The notes: a model not told the origin generated them from the letters alone. A stretch of 64,000 nt of DNA from Eledone cirrhosa (GCA_964016885.1 OZ024752.1:33480001-33544000), one strand, 5' to 3'; counted from the stretch's first letter, positions 11,899 through 25,129 are shown. Numbers and translations: made by a program.

Positions 11899-12098
11899 NN
11901 NNNNNNNNNNNNNNNNNNNNNNNNNNNNNNNNNNNNNNNNNNNNNNNNNNNNNNNNNNNNNNNNNNNNNNNNNNNNNNNNNNNNNNNNNNNNNNNNNNNN
12001 NNNNNNNNNNNNNNNNNNNNNNNNNNNNNNNNNNNNNNNNNNNNNNNNNNNNNNNNNNNNNNNNNNNNNNNNNNNNNNNNNNNNNNNNNNNNNNNNNN
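11899..12098. other. Assembly gap (200 N)
   Basis: Run of n characters. Confidence 1.
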
Positions 12099-12104
12099 AG
12101 TTAA

Positions 12105-12570
12105 ATATGAATATATATGTGTGTGTGTGTGTATGCATATATATATGTGCATATATATATATATGTATATATACATATGTATTTATAAAGAGATATAATA
12201 TATTATAATAGATGTGTGTGTGTGTGTGTGTGTATTCATGGGGGTGTCTAGTTGTATGTGTACATATGTGTGTATACGTATTATATGTGCGCGTATACAT
12301 ATGTTTATATTTAGATATATTAATATAACTATATACATATATATATATGAGGAAAATATATACACTTACGTGTGTATATATATATTTATGCGCGTGTGTG
12401 AATCTAGAAACATTCATATTTGTGTTTATATTCATGGGTGTTTATATATACATATACATATATATAGAGATTTGTGTGCATCCATATATTCATGTGTGGG
12501 TGTATACATATTCATAAATTTGTATATTCATGATCATACACACACACAGTTATATGTATATACACACGCT

Positions 12571-12609
<39 letters not shown>

Positions 12610-12856
12610 TGTATATATAATATATGGTATATATGTATATATATGACCTCACTATACATATATAATATATATGGTGTATATATATATATGTGTGTGTGTG
12701 TGTATATATATATATATTTGTGTGCGTGTATGCATATGACAAAATGTATGTGCCTATGTATATACATATTCCTATATATGTACATGCATGTATTCGTGTA
12801 TTTTCGCATGCGTATGTATACTTATATATGAATATATATATATATATATATATATT
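12105..12856. repeat. Degenerate (TA)/(TG) microsatellite field
   Basis: Alternating purine-pyrimidine low-complexity sequence. Confidence 0.9.
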
Positions 12857-13170
12857 TAGGGCATGGCTGTGTGGTTAAGGAGTCCCCTTCACTGTGTTCG
12901 GTCCCACTGCGTGACACTTTGATCAAGTCTCTTCTACCATAGCCTCAGGTTGATCTAATACATGAGTGTGTTTTGTACAAAAGTCTCTTGCTCTTGTTTG
13001 TGCCTATTTGTCTGTGTTCATTACTGTTTATGCCTCGTAATGTAGCGGTTCGACAAATAGAGATCGATAAAATAAGTACCAGGCTTTAAAAAAATCTATG
13101 CGGAGATCGATATGATCGGTTAAACCCAGGGTTATTGTGCTCCAGCGCAGCTGCAGTCTGACCAAAACCA
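12857..13170 (+). mobile_element. Old, diverged tRNA-derived SINE of a third family
   Basis: tggctgtgtggttaag A box, gttcggtcccactgcgtgacactttgatcaagt CORE-like segment, cgataaaataagtaccag. Confidence 0.65.
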
Positions 13171-13177
13171 GTTAGCT

Positions 13178-13243
13178 AATGTGTGTGTATATATATATAT
13201 ATATGGTTGGTTTTAGGAAGGGCATCCAACCATAGATAATGTA

Positions 13244-13284
<41 letters not shown>

Positions 13285-13321
13285 TTGGTTTTAGGAAGGG
13301 CATCCAGCCATAGATAATGTA

Positions 13322-13368
<47 letters not shown>

Positions 13369-13400
13369 TTGGTTTTAGGAAGGGCATCCAGCCATAGAAA
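13178..13400. repeat. Triplication of a microsatellite plus RTE-motif unit (about 80 bp)
   Basis: ggttggttttaggaagggcatcca.ccataga occurs three times, separated by (TG)(TA) tracts. Confidence 0.9.
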
Positions 13401-13533
13401 CTGGCCTCTGAGCTTTTATGAAATATATTTGAACGAAATATGGTCACCTGTAATGAATTATCCAACCCATTCCCGCTTGAATTAAAAAAATATTAATGCC
13501 CCCCCCCCCCCCCCCTCTCTATATATATATATA

Positions 13534-13870
13534 TCATCATCATTCCATTTTATGTCCGCTTTTTCTCTGCTTGCAAGGGTGGGACGGGAACTGATTCTGG
13601 CTTGATTTCTACAGCTGGATGCCCTTCCTAACACCAACCTCATTTACAGTGAGTACTGGGTGCTTTTTTGCTGTGGCACCTCCACGACCACTTTGCAGTG
13701 GAATGATAGGGATCCCAGTCCCTTTCATCTCATTTCTACAGCTGAGTGAACTGGAGCAATGTGAAATAAAGTGTCTTGCTCAAGGAAACAACACATCACC
13801 CGGTCTGAGAATTGAACTCACAACCTTTCGATTGCAAGGCCAATGCTCTAACCACTAAGCCATGTGCCTT
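13534..13870 (-). mobile_element. Full-length CORE-like SINE with RTE tail
   Basis: Reverse complement of 1014-1356. Confidence 0.9.
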
Positions 13871-14054
13871 TTTTTCCCTGCTTATATATATAAGCAGGGA
13901 AAAGTGGACTTAAAATGATGATGTTGTTATATATGGATGAGATGGTACTAGTTAAGATCATTGTACAACTTAGTACTCTACACTTAACAAAAGTCAGATG
14001 TTGCTACCAAAATGGTTTAAGCTTTGCCATCAGACATACATTGTGCTCTGTACA

Positions 14055-14450
14055 TTAGGTTGACATTAGGAAGGGCATCCAGCTGTAGAAACCAAGCCAG
14101 AAACAGTTCTGTATGAGCAAGACATGGTCATCTGATTTCGCTTGTCTCAAGAGACAACTTGTCCAATCCATGTTACCATGGAAAAATGGGTGTTAAACAG
14201 TGATGTTGATGATGTTATATATCTATATATAGATACATAAAGCACCCAGTCCAAACTGTAAAGTGGTCGTGTAGGCATCATGCAAAAAGCACCCAGCACA
14301 CACTGTAAATGTGGTTGGCGTTAGGAAGGGCATCCAGCCAGAGAAACCAAGCGAATCACGGTTCCCTGTCCTGATCTCTCAAAAAAGGGACAGCCCGTCC
14401 TACCCATGCTAGCATGAAATATGGGCATTAAATGGTGATGATGATGCTGA
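14055..14450 (+). mobile_element. Two RTE-type non-coding 3' modules with (GAT)n tails
   Basis: ttaggaagggcatccagc..agaaaccaagc..cccatg..ttaaa..gatgatg occurs twice; similar to 39100-39250. Confidence 0.75.
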
Positions 14451-15049
14451 TAAATATATAGAAATGACTTCTACAGAACTATATATATATATATATAAAC
14501 AAAATTTACAGCTAACCCCTATGTAGGTTTAGCTAGCCTCCTACAAGGTTGCTCCTTGCTCAGTTGTTTTAATATGGGTCATTGTCCTATCCTAAAAAGT
14601 AATGTGAAATGAAGCTTCTTGCTCAAGAACACAATTGAACTTACCACCTGGTGGCTGTGAGTCCAACACCCTAACCATTAGGCTATATGCCTTCACCTAT
14701 ATCTATGTGTTATATATATAACTGCATATTTCGTTTTTTTTTGTTTTTATTTTGTATAGGTACAACATATTGCTGCATGTTGTAACAGGCAAATAAAATG
14801 TTTGGTGTTAGGAAGAGTGTCCAGATGTAAAATATTGTCTCAAACGCCCTGTCCAACTCATGCCACTGTTGAAAAATGGATCTAAAACTGATGTATATAT
14901 ATGTATATCATCATCATCATTTGTCTATTTTCCCATAGTCACATGGGTCAGAAGTCACTCCAGAAGTTATTACTTAATAGGGGTTACTGATCTCTTACAG
15001 GCGTGCTGAGGGCTCACATCTCACACACGTTGCTGTTTTGGCATGGCTT

Positions 15050-15530
15050 TGACAGCTGAGTTGGATGCCCTTCCTATTATCAACTACTTTACAGAGTGTA
15101 CTGGATGTATTTTATTGTGGCACCAGTACTACGAAGGTTTTCATGCCCATGATATTAAAATCCTTTCAGCCCTTTTGTTTGACATGGTTTCTATGGTTGG
15201 ATGCCCTTTCTATTATCAACTACTTTACAGAGTGTACTGGGTGTATTTTATTGTGGCACCAGTACTAGGAAGGTTTTCATGCCCATGATATTAAAATCCT
15301 TTCAGCCCTTTTGTTTGACATGGTTTCTATGGTTGGATGCCCTTTCTATTATCAACTACTTTACAGAGTGTACTGGGTGTATTTTATTGTGGCACCAGTA
15401 CTAGGAAGGTTTTCATGCCCATGACACTACTGAAAAATCCGTTCAACCCTTTGTTTGATGTGGTTTCTATGGCTGGATGCCCTACCTAACAGCAACTACT
15501 TTACAGAGTGTACCGGGTGCATTTTATCAC
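15050..15530 (-). repeat. 136-bp tandem repeat (about 3.5 copies) derived from the RTE UTR module
   Basis: Near-identical pseudo-ORFs at 15065 and 15201. The unit contains ggatgccc..actttacagagtgtactggg..tgtggcaccag. Confidence 0.85.
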
Positions 15531-15794
15531 CTTACCGACCTGAGAGAAGTTGTTGCACATTGACTCAACTAAAGAACCCTCCCTCCAATAGGGTGGTGGT
15601 GGTGGTAGGATGTGCTTAGGGGGAACAATAGGAAGGGAATAAAAGTATGATGTCAGGTGTAGTGGGATTTAATAGGATCATGTGAGGGAGAATAGGTGCA
15701 AGAGTGACCTTGGATAGAGTGGAGGGGTGAGATGAGAATAACAAGTTATTAAAGAGTGACGGAGGGGGTCAGGTCACATCCATTACATTGTTGT

Positions 15795-16270
15795 GGCACA
15801 GTAGTAATGTAGGGTTGAGTGGAGGGTGGGGTGATGGCACAGTAATGCAGGGTGGAGGGTGTGGTGATGGTATAGTAATGTTGGGCTGAGTGGAGGGTGG
15901 GGTGATGGCACAGTAATGTAGTGGAAGGTAGGGTGATGGCACAGTAATGTAGGGTTGAGTGGAGGGTGGGGTGATGGCAGAGTAATGTAGAGTTGAGTGG
16001 AGGGTGGGGTGATGGCACAGTAATGTAGGGTTGAGTGGAGGGCGGGGTGATGGCAGAGTAATGGAGGTTGGGGTGGTGGTACAGTAGTGTGGGGTAGAAT
16101 GAAGGTTGGGGGTGATAGCACAGTAGTGGAGAGTGGGGAAGGGTGACATGGTAGTAGAGGGTGGGGTGATAGTGCAGTAGTGTAAGATAGTGTGGGGGTG
16201 ATGACACAGTAGTGGAGGGTGGGAGGCATGGCACAGCAGTAGAGGGTGGGGTGATGGTACAGTAATATAA
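15795..16270. repeat. G-rich minisatellite, unit about 38 bp, degenerate
   Basis: gggttgagtggagggtggggtgatggcacagtaatgta repeated with deletion variants. Confidence 0.85.
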
Positions 16271-16489
16271 TGGAGAGTGAGGGGTTGGGGATGAAAACGA
16301 CAATAGTTACTGAAGAACAATGGTGGAAACGGCTGGGTATGAACAGGTCAGATTAAAAGTACACAGATGATATATTAGATGAGGGATGGATATACTGATA
16401 TAGTAGATACTATAACAGAAATAGGAGAGGAGTGGCTCCTATGGCCATACCTTACTTCTTTGTATACCAATAACAGAATCTTTTTCAGT

Positions 16490-16745
16490 ATGGTATGTCA
16501 CCAATCACTGTAGTCCTTTGCTGTCTCTGTTGAGAGGTTTAAATTCATAAGATCAGACTTCACCTCTTAATCCCAGGTCTTCCTACACACTAACATTACA
16601 CATCCACTGGAGTATACTTGCTGTATTTCTTTCTAGAATTTGTTGATCTTCTGCAGTCAAGGCCCATGTCTCACTGCCATCTAGCATTGCAGTTCAGATG
16701 AAGGCATCATACAGTCTACATGTGACTCTGAGAGAGAAGCCCTTT
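16490..16745 (-). pseudogene. Decayed RTE 3' coding fragment
   Basis: Minus strand remnants of RLYDA..TAML.GSETWALTAED..LERN. Confidence 0.7.
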
Positions 16746-16829
16746 CTTGTCGGTAGCGGTACTAGCTCTATAAACGTCATCCAGCCATTTTTTTACTCTG
16801 GTTATTATGCTGTCTGTGTATATAGTCGT

Positions 16830-17087
16830 GTGCAAGAGAGAAGATTGTGTTGTTATATGGATATGTGATGCACATGGATGATGAACGCCGGGTGAAGAAG
16901 TGCCAGGAAATCCCAGTAGAAGGAAGCCACAGTAGAGGAAAGCCAAGGAAGTCATGGGCAGAGGTGGTGAGAGCTGATCTCAAATTGCTGACACTCCCAG
17001 AGATGACAAAGGAATGCGACAAGTGAAGGGATGCTGTGCTGAAAAGGACCTGTGCAAGTGTGGAACAATGGATGTAAAAACGATGAT
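16830..17087 (+). mobile_element. RTE family A 3' fragment
   Basis: Encodes degenerate YGYVMHMDDERRVKKCQEIPVEG..RGKPRKSWAEVVRADL. Confidence 0.85.
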
Positions 17088-17599
17088 ACCCTTCCTAACA
17101 CCAACCACTTTACAGTGTGAACTGAGTGTGTTTATCCTGTAGATCACCAACACTAGGGAGGAATTTGTGTCTTTGACACAACTAAAAGGTCCTCCCAACT
17201 CTTTGTTTGGCAAGCTTTCTATGGCTGGATGCCCTTCCTAACACCAACCTCTTAACAGCATGTAGTGTGTGTGTTTATTGTGTAGATCACCAACACATCA
17301 TTCATATTGTGTGTATATTTATATTTTTTCTAGTTAGAATGTTGTTGTAGTTAGGTGATTGACAGTGTATCAAAATACAGAAGGAAATTACAAATAACTC
17401 TTGATTGGATTATATTTTATTGTAGCTGGATTAAGATTTATTGTTTAATTGTTAACCATAAATAATTTTGGGTTAACAACTCCACTTTAGAGGGGTTTTT
17501 ATTTTGTTCTTATCAATAAATTGTTAAATTAGGAGGTTGAACATTTGGGAATATGTTCAAGATGGTATACTGTTTCCTAAAGAATTGTCTCCACAGTCC

Positions 17600-17850
17600 A
17601 GGTGCATGGCCTAGTGGTTCAATTCCTGGACTGGGTTTTGTGTTGTGTTCTTGAGCAAAACACCTCATTTCACCTTCCTCAGCTGAAAATGAGTAGCCGT
17701 AGCAATAACTGAGGGTTTATCTCTGCAATGGATTGGCTTCCTGTCCATGGGCGATGGAGGAAGTCTTCTATACTCAATCACTTAATGCCACAGAAACCAG
17801 GATAAGCTCTGGCCTGATGAGCTTCTGGGTTCAAGACAGAATTTAATCTT
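17600..17850 (+). mobile_element. CORE-like SINE with a V-domain-like 3' half
   Basis: Same head/core as 1014, then ctgcaatgggattggcttcctgtcca..cacagaaaccaggataagctctggcctgatgag. A related, internally duplicated copy lies at 21240-21590 (-). Confidence 0.65.
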
Positions 17851-17999
17851 TTTGAGATAGTCCAGAGGTTTATAGTATTGTGTCTAACTATGGCCTTTGG
17901 CATGTTACTCTATGTTAGTATTTATCTATTCTGTGTAAAGACTGTTTTCATGATCTGATATGTCTCTCGTCCCTCTCTCCATTGGGAAGTTAACTATAT

Positions 18000-18330
18000 A
18001 TAATAGTTTCTGATTTAGGCACAAGGCCAACCATTTTAGGGGAGCGGAAAGTCGATTAAATCAACCCCAGTGCATTACTGGTACTTTATTTTATTGACCC
18101 CGTAAGGATGAAAGGCAAAGCTAACCTTGGTGGAATCAGAACGTAAATGGCCGTAACTCTATGCTACAAAGCATGGTGTCTGACGCTCTACCGATTTTGC
18201 TAATTCACCTCCCTAAGTTAACGATAAATAATTGTTTCTACTTTAGGCACAAGGCTAGCACATACCCAGTGCATTACTGGTACTTTATTTTATCGACCCC
18301 GTAAGGATGAAAGGCAAAGTCAACCTCGAA
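18000..18330 (-). mobile_element. Two head-to-tail SINEs
   Basis: Reverse-complement core present twice, with a TSD-like pair aagttaac.ata.ataat at 17987 and 18215. Confidence 0.85.
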
Positions 18331-18364
18331 TGTCTTTTAAACATATTGACTGGGTGCTGACTGA

Positions 18365-18510
18365 TAATTCATTCTCACATCTGATTGGACATCTACTAAC
18401 ATGTTTCTTATGTCCTGTTGTGGTTGGATGACTAATATCATTCTCACATCTGATTGGACATCTACTAACATATGTCTGTTGTGTCTTGTTGTGGTTGGAT
18501 GACTAATATT
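18365..18510. repeat. About 69-bp tandem duplication
   Basis: cattctcacatctgattggacatctactaacat..gttgtggttggatgactaatat occurs twice. Confidence 0.9.
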
Positions 18511-18719
18511 GTAGTATTGCCATAGAGTATAGCCACCCCTTGTTATTTTGCCAGGGAGATCGGATGTTCTTAACTTCTTAATTTGTTTTCCATCTGCTTA
18601 CCATACTCTGACAGGCTGATGTTACCCTAAGTCTTGTTGTCTTTGTATCTTTCTCTCTGTCATTATCCAACTTTAGCATCAGGTGGTCTATGTATTTGTT
18701 CTCTGGTACATACTTTTCT

Positions 18720-19230
18720 TCTTCACTCACTTATTCCTGGAGGGGCCATGGGGGCAGAATCCTTAAACACGTCTTCCAGTAGGTCCTGTCAGAAACAACT
18801 GTATCCAATTGATTCAGCCGGATCCTCAAGTAAGACCAGCCAAGGTCATGGATGTTATCCCACCATCTTGCTCAGCGTCCACCTGGGTCCAATTGATCTG
18901 GCTGGATCTCCAAGTGAGACCAGCTGAGCTAATTTATCTTGGGGTCTACCCCTAGACCCTTCAGAAGAACCCCACTTCAATTGCTTTTATTTGCGATCGT
19001 ATTCTTTTGGTCATTACCTAAGATTCATGACTATAGGTAAGAGTTGGTGCGGATATCAAATTGATGATAGTATGTTTGGTTTTTACACCTACCTCCCTTC
19101 TTTTGATGACTGAATGCTAAAGCTGGCACATTGCTGCACCAATTCCTGTAATTCTTCCACTTAATTCAGCCTCTTGCATTCCATCACCTGTGAATACGGC
19201 CCTGAGATACTTGAACTTCTCTACCTGCTT
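18720..19230 (-). mobile_element. Decayed RTE-like family C 3' fragment
   Basis: Similar to 1560-1800 (ggtcctgtcagaa.caactgt.tccaa.tgat.cagc.ggatcc). Confidence 0.7.
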
Positions 19231-20149
19231 CAGTGGAACGTCCACATTGAATGGTTTCAATTTAGCACCATTTATCTGAACACAAATACTAGGACATTTG
19301 TACGGCGATCTCAGGGCAACAAGAAGCTATCCATTGATCCCCTACTCCTGCAGAACCCGTCTGCCTATCTGGAAACTTCAGGACCTGAGAAATGACATTG
19401 CCCACCATAACCTATAAGCATACTTGACAAAGCTTCTTCTTAACTGCATATATTGAAACAACCTGTGGTATCTCTTTTCTATTGCTGTCATCACTGGAGC
19501 TCTTTATTGGCTAGATTTAGCTAAATATAATTAACACTTTCATAATTTTTACTGAAACTCCTCAGAAATTTGCAATGTAAGCAATGAAGACTTCAGAATT
19601 TACTGCAACTGCTAAAATACCTAGTGGTCATCAAGCAGTCGACCATCAGGTGACCTGAATTAACGGACTAGAAACACATTTTATATCATTCCTTAATAAT
19701 TGATATCTTTAGAACTTTCAGTTAGCTGTTGCTACTTAGATCAACAGCTTCTGGTGGATAAGACAACTTTATTAGTACAGCTTTAAATCATATAAACTGT
19801 TAACACAAATGTTGGATGTTTTCAACATCTGTTGAATGATCTTTTCTTTTGTTTGAACATTTGTGTGTGTGTTGGTTTCAAGAATTGCCTTCCCTTGACC
19901 TCATTCTCATACATGGGTGGCACAAACATGACCTTTTAGCCCTTCCAAGGACTTAGATTCTTTTCTGCATATGCTGCATTAAAAGAAAAAAAGAAAAGGC
20001 CAGGCTCATGCAGTACACATGAAAATTATTTAGATCAAGTGATGCCTGTGCTTGAAGCTTTTTTAAATGAAGAAAGGCCTTTGCACTGGACCAGTCTCAC
20101 TCTCTGAACAATGGTGACAGGTATCCAAAAATAACAAGTCAACATGGAC

Positions 20150-20580
20150 TCATCATCATCATTTTACTGTCCACTTGGATGGGTTTACTGACCTCCCAGA
20201 CAGGCCAAGGGGTCCGCAGTTGCTTACTTACAGTCTCACATTCTATTGAGTGCATAGAAGAGGATGCCATATCTTTGACACAACTGAAGGGTCATACCAG
20301 TCCTTTGTTTCGCAAGCTTTCTACGGCTGGATGCCTTTCCCATTACCAACCACTTTACAGTGTGTACTGAGTGCTTTTATGGTGTAGATGACCAACAATA
20401 GGGAGGCTGTCATGTCCTTCACATGACTGAAGGGTCCTCCCAGCCCTTTGTTTGGCAAGCTTTCTACAGCTGCAAGCCCTCCCAGCATGTACTGGATGCG
20501 TTTAGTTTATCATGCAGGTCACCAAACACTAGGGAGGCTGTCATGTGTTTGCCACAACTAAAGGGTCTCCCCGACCCTTT
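20150..20580 (-). mobile_element. RTE-UTR-derived non-coding element with internal tandem repeats
   Basis: (CAT)n tail and repeated caactgaagggtc..ctttgttt.gcaagctttctac.gctg units. Similar sequence at 17085-17295. Confidence 0.6.
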
Positions 20581-20730
20581 CAGATGAGTATAAATATTAA
20601 CTGTTAAAAACGGTCATTTACATAACATACATATGTGTGTGTATATATGCCTTTCATCCTTACGGGGTCGATAAAATAAAGTACCAGTAATACACTGGGT
20701 AATTGCTGGCCTTGTGCCAAAAGTAGAAAC

Positions 20731-20778
<48 letters not shown>

Positions 20779-20831
20779 CATCATCATCAGGTTTAACACG
20801 GACGCTAAACATGATGATGATGATGATGATG

Positions 20832-20870
<39 letters not shown>

Positions 20871-20949
20871 AACACAGACATACAACAAAAAGAATACTCA
20901 ATGTTTTGTGAGTTTATAGTATATTTCTCTCCTTCACTGTGTGTATGTG

Positions 20950-20998
<49 letters not shown>

Positions 20999-21832
20999 CA
21001 TCCTGTAAGATGGTCATACTTGTAACATGAGGCCCTGTATAGAGGTTGTGCTGGTGACAAAAAAGTACCCAGTATTACCCAGTTGGGTGGTTATGCTGGT
21101 GACACAAGAAAAAAAGTACTCAGTCCACCCTGTAAAGTGGTTGTGCTGGTGACAACAAAAAGCACCCTGTTCACACTGTAATGTGGTTGATGTTACGAAG
21201 GGCACCCAGCCATAGAAACCAAGTAAAAATACAGATCTGGAGACTCATCAGGCCATTGCTTATCCTGGTTACCATGGCATTAAGCTGCTGATAGTACAAG
21301 ACTACCTCCTGGACAGGACGCCAGTTCATCGCAGGGTTAAAGTCTGTCTTGAGCCAGGGAGCTCATCATGCTGGTGCTTACCTAGTTTCTATAATGTTAA
21401 GCGCCTGAGAGTACTAGACTCACTCACCCTTGGACAAGACACCAGTCCATCGCGGGGTTTAAGCCTATCTTGAGCCAATGCTTGCCCCAGTTTCCATGGC
21501 ATTAAGCAACTGAGAGTACAAGAACACAACACACAACCCAGTCCAGGAATGGAACTCACAACATTATGATTGTAAGTCTAACATCCACTTAGCTGTTGGA
21601 GACAGCTAAATCCAAAAGTTTTATATGGCACTATAACAACTGGCTCTTTACTTCTTTTAATCGAGGGCCATTTGCTGAAAGGTCTTGAAATGTATACCAA
21701 CAGCTTCAAGATTACTCTTCAGCTTGTCCTTATAGCTGAACCATGGCCTTCCTACATTCCTCCTCCTACTGTGAAGATGACTGTACATAAGGGTCTGAGG
21801 TCTTTGATTGTCACTCATTCTGATGTATATAT

Positions 21833-22085
21833 CATCATCATCATCGTCATCATCGTTTAACGTCCCTGTTCCACGCTTGCATGGGTTTGGACGGGGGTTT
21901 TCCCACTTGAGGCAAGAGTGGTTGTCTTGCTCGCATAGGACTGTCTGGCGGGTTTTCTACAGCTGGATGCCCTTCCTAACACCAACCACATTTACAGTGT
22001 GGGGCTGGGAGGTTTTTACTGTGTTGCCTACACGGCCACATTACAGCGTGGACTGTCTGGCGTGTTTTCTACAGCTGGATGCCCT
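21833..22085 (-). mobile_element. RTE family B 3' module copy
   Basis: Nearly identical to the reverse complement of 39040-39250. Confidence 0.88.
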
Positions 22086-22174
22086 TGTATATACATATTT
22101 GTATGTATATGAATGTAGATATATGTTTGTATGTGTATATATATATATATGTGTAGGTAACATGGTAAAAAGCT

Positions 22175-22335
22175 TGCAGTCCACACTGAAAATGTGGTTG
22201 GTGTTAGGAAGAGCATCCAGCTGTAGAAAACCTGCCAGATAGTCCTATACGAGCAAGACACAGTCACCCGATCAATCTTGCCTCAAGTGGGACAATTCCC
22301 GTCTAACCCATGCTAGCGTGGAAGATAGACGTTAA
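22175..22335 (+). mobile_element. RTE-type 3' module
   Basis: gtggttggtgttaggaagagcatccagctgtagaaaacc..aacccatgctagcgtggaagatagacgttaaa. Confidence 0.8.
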
Positions 22336-22420
22336 ATAAAATGCTATCACAAGAGCAAGAATGACCAGGTTGGTCTACTCACATGACTTAAGAGGCTGTT
22401 TACGTAATTGCAAATGAATT

Positions 22421-22690
22421 CATCATCATCATCACCGTTTTACGTCCGTTCTTCCACGCTAGCATGGGTTAGACGGGTTGTCCTGTTGTGGGCAGTGTCT
22501 GGTCGGCTGACCATGCCTTGCTCATACAGGAACTGATTTGGCTTGATTTCTACAGCTGGATGCCCTTCCTAACACCAACCTCATTTACAGTGAGTGCTGG
22601 GTGCTTTTTTCCGTGGCGCCTACATGTCCACTTTACAGTGTGGGCTGGGTGCTTTTTTTCCGTGGCACCTCCACGACCACCTTGCGGTGG
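22421..22690 (-). mobile_element. RTE-type 3' module with two 48-bp-type subrepeats
   Basis: (CAT)n tail; same structure as 59783-60040. Confidence 0.8.
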
Positions 22691-22785
22691 GAGGTGTGGG
22701 GGCATATTGTCTATATGCTTCAGCTTGTACCCATGGGAGGTCGGGTACTCTGTATTACTGCGTGATGCCAGAATTGAATATTATT

Positions 22786-22880
22786 ATTAACTTTGCCTTT
22801 CATCCTTACGGGGTCGATAAAATAAAGTACCAGTAATACACTGGGAAATTGCTGGCCTTGTGCCAAAAGTAGAAACAATT
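22786..22880 (+). mobile_element. 5'-truncated SINE
   Basis: aactttgcctttcatccttacggggtcgat..agtagaaacaatt. Confidence 0.9.
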
Positions 22881-23712
22881 ATTAATATTCAAAAAACTCA
22901 GATTTATATATATATATATATTATTATTATTAATATTCAAAAAACTCAGATTTATATATATATATTATTATTAATATTAAAAAAACTCAGATTTATATAT
23001 ATATATAATATTATTAATATTCAAAAAACTCAGATTTATATATATATATTATTATTAATATTAAAAAAACTCAGATTTATATATATATATATATATATAT
23101 ATTATTATTAATATTCAAAAAACTCAGATATATATATATATTATTATTAATATTCAAAAAACTCAGATTTATATATATATATTATTATTAATATTCAAAA
23201 AACTCAGATTTATATATATATATTATTATTAATATTAAAAAAACTCAGATTTATATATATATATTATTATTAATATTAAAAAAACTCAGATTTATATATA
23301 TATATTATTATTAATATTAAAAAAACTCAGATTTATATATATATATTATTATTAATATTAAAAAAACTCAGATTTATATATATATATATTATTATTAATA
23401 TTAAAAAAACTCAGATTTATATATATATATTATAATTAATATTCAAAGAACTCAGATTTATATATATATATTATTATTAATATTAAAAAAACTCAGATTT
23501 ATATATATATATTATTATTAATATTAAAAAAAACTCAGATTTATATATATATATTATAATTAATATTCAAAGAACTCAGATTTATATATATATATATTAT
23601 TATTAATATTCAAAAAACTCAGATTTATATATATATATATATTATTATTAATATTCAAAAAATTCAGATATATATATATATTATTATTAATACAGATTTA
23701 TATATATATATT
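22880..23712. repeat. AT-rich minisatellite, unit about 41 bp, about 19-20 copies
   Basis: ttattattaatatt(c/a)aaaaaactcagattt(at)n. Confidence 0.95.
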
Positions 23713-24582
23713 ATACACATTATGTAATGTGTCCTATATTTTTAAAATACTATAAGAGGGGGGAAATCTGAGAAAAGTCGAACAACCAAGCAGAGGTGGC
23801 CTCACTGGTTCATTTGAGTTCCGCAACTCCTCGAAATGTCATCATGAAAGTTTGTGGTGACACCACTGACTTTTACAGCACTGTTCTGGGGCTGTCTTAT
23901 GAAATGATGGTCGGATTTCGTTTCTAGAACGTCACTGGAACTCTTTCTCAGCCATCCTGATTTTCATTATGATATCTTATTCAGAAAGACAGAGCATTAA
24001 AATGTTTTTTTCCTATTATCACCATGAACAAGTCAATGGTGATGGTGGTGATGATGATGTTCTAGGCAGAAGTTCATGTTTCACTTGATTGCATTTTCAA
24101 AGAGATTGTCTTCGTGTTGTAAAAGGGAAAATGCCAAATTCTATATAAAAACTGATAATTTTAGGAACAAAGTGGTGCTGGTAACGACCATCTGTTGTTA
24201 TAGTATAGCGTCTGTTGTATGTGTGTATATATATGTATATATATGTATGTGTGTGTATATATATTGTATGTGTGTATATATATGTATATATATATATATA
24301 TACATAAAAGTATATATGTATATGTGTGTGTATATATATATATAAAAGTGTATATGTATATAAAAGTATGTGTGTGTGTGTATATGTGTGTGTGTGTATA
24401 TATGTATATATATGTATGTATATATGTATGTATGTATATATATATATACATAAAAGTATATATGTATATGTATATATATATAAAAGTGTATATGTATATA
24501 AAAGTATGTGTATGTATATATATATATATGTATATATATATATGTCTATACATGTATGTATGTATATATATGTGTGTGTGTG

Positions 24583-24613
<31 letters not shown>

Positions 24614-24614
<1 letters not shown>

Positions 24615-24800
24615 ATGGAAAATTTGAACAGGAACAAAACACAGAGGCAGTACAACGAATGTTTATTAATTTCACGCTCTGGAGAGTGGGGTGGTGGTGG
24701 GGAACGACGTTTCGGGCATAAGCCCTTCCTCAGGTGAGAAGTGTGTGGGAAGAGAGTTCAAAGGGTGTGTAGGGGACTGGTGGAGAGACATATAGCGATA
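24614..24800 (-). mobile_element. Penelope-like terminal fragment with minimal hammerhead motif (24706-24733)
   Basis: Minus strand CTGAGGA-A-GGGC-ttat-GCCC-GAAA-C-GTC, then AATAAA about 40 nt downstream. Flanked by (TA)n. Confidence 0.7.
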
Positions 24801-24827
24801 TATATATATATTATATATATATATATA

Positions 24828-25045
24828 TAATGGTTTCTGATTTGGTTACAAGGCCAACAATTGTGTGTGTGTGTGTGTGTGGGGGGTGGTGGTGTTTAAA
24901 TCAACTCCAATGCGTTACTGGTACTTTATTTTATTGACCCCCGCGAGGATGATAGTTAACCTCGGCGGAATTTGAACTCAGAACGTAAAGGGCCATAACT
25001 CTATGCCGCAAAGCATGTTGTCCGACGTTCTACCGATTCTACCAA
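24828..25045 (-). mobile_element. SINE with internal (GT)n expansion
   Basis: Reverse-complement core plus ggaatttgaactc B box. Confidence 0.85.
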
Positions 25046-25129
25046 TAATTCATAACATTGCTATTTTGTTCTATTATGAATTCATACCTAATTCCAACGT
25101 GTTGTACTTTATATTTTACCATAGGATTG

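Noticed and set aside
15749-16320. Pro/His/Thr-rich ORFs
   Set aside because: These are antisense translations of the G-rich minisatellite, open in all three minus frames.
17790-17825. GAAAC..CTGATGAG as a type II hammerhead (also 21240-21275)
   Set aside because: There is no convincing NUH site or stem I/II pairing. It is a SINE tail sequence.
23770-23990. GC-richer island as a possible host exon
   Set aside because: Open frames are only about 50 codons, with no recognisable motif and weak splice signals. RNA-seq would be needed.
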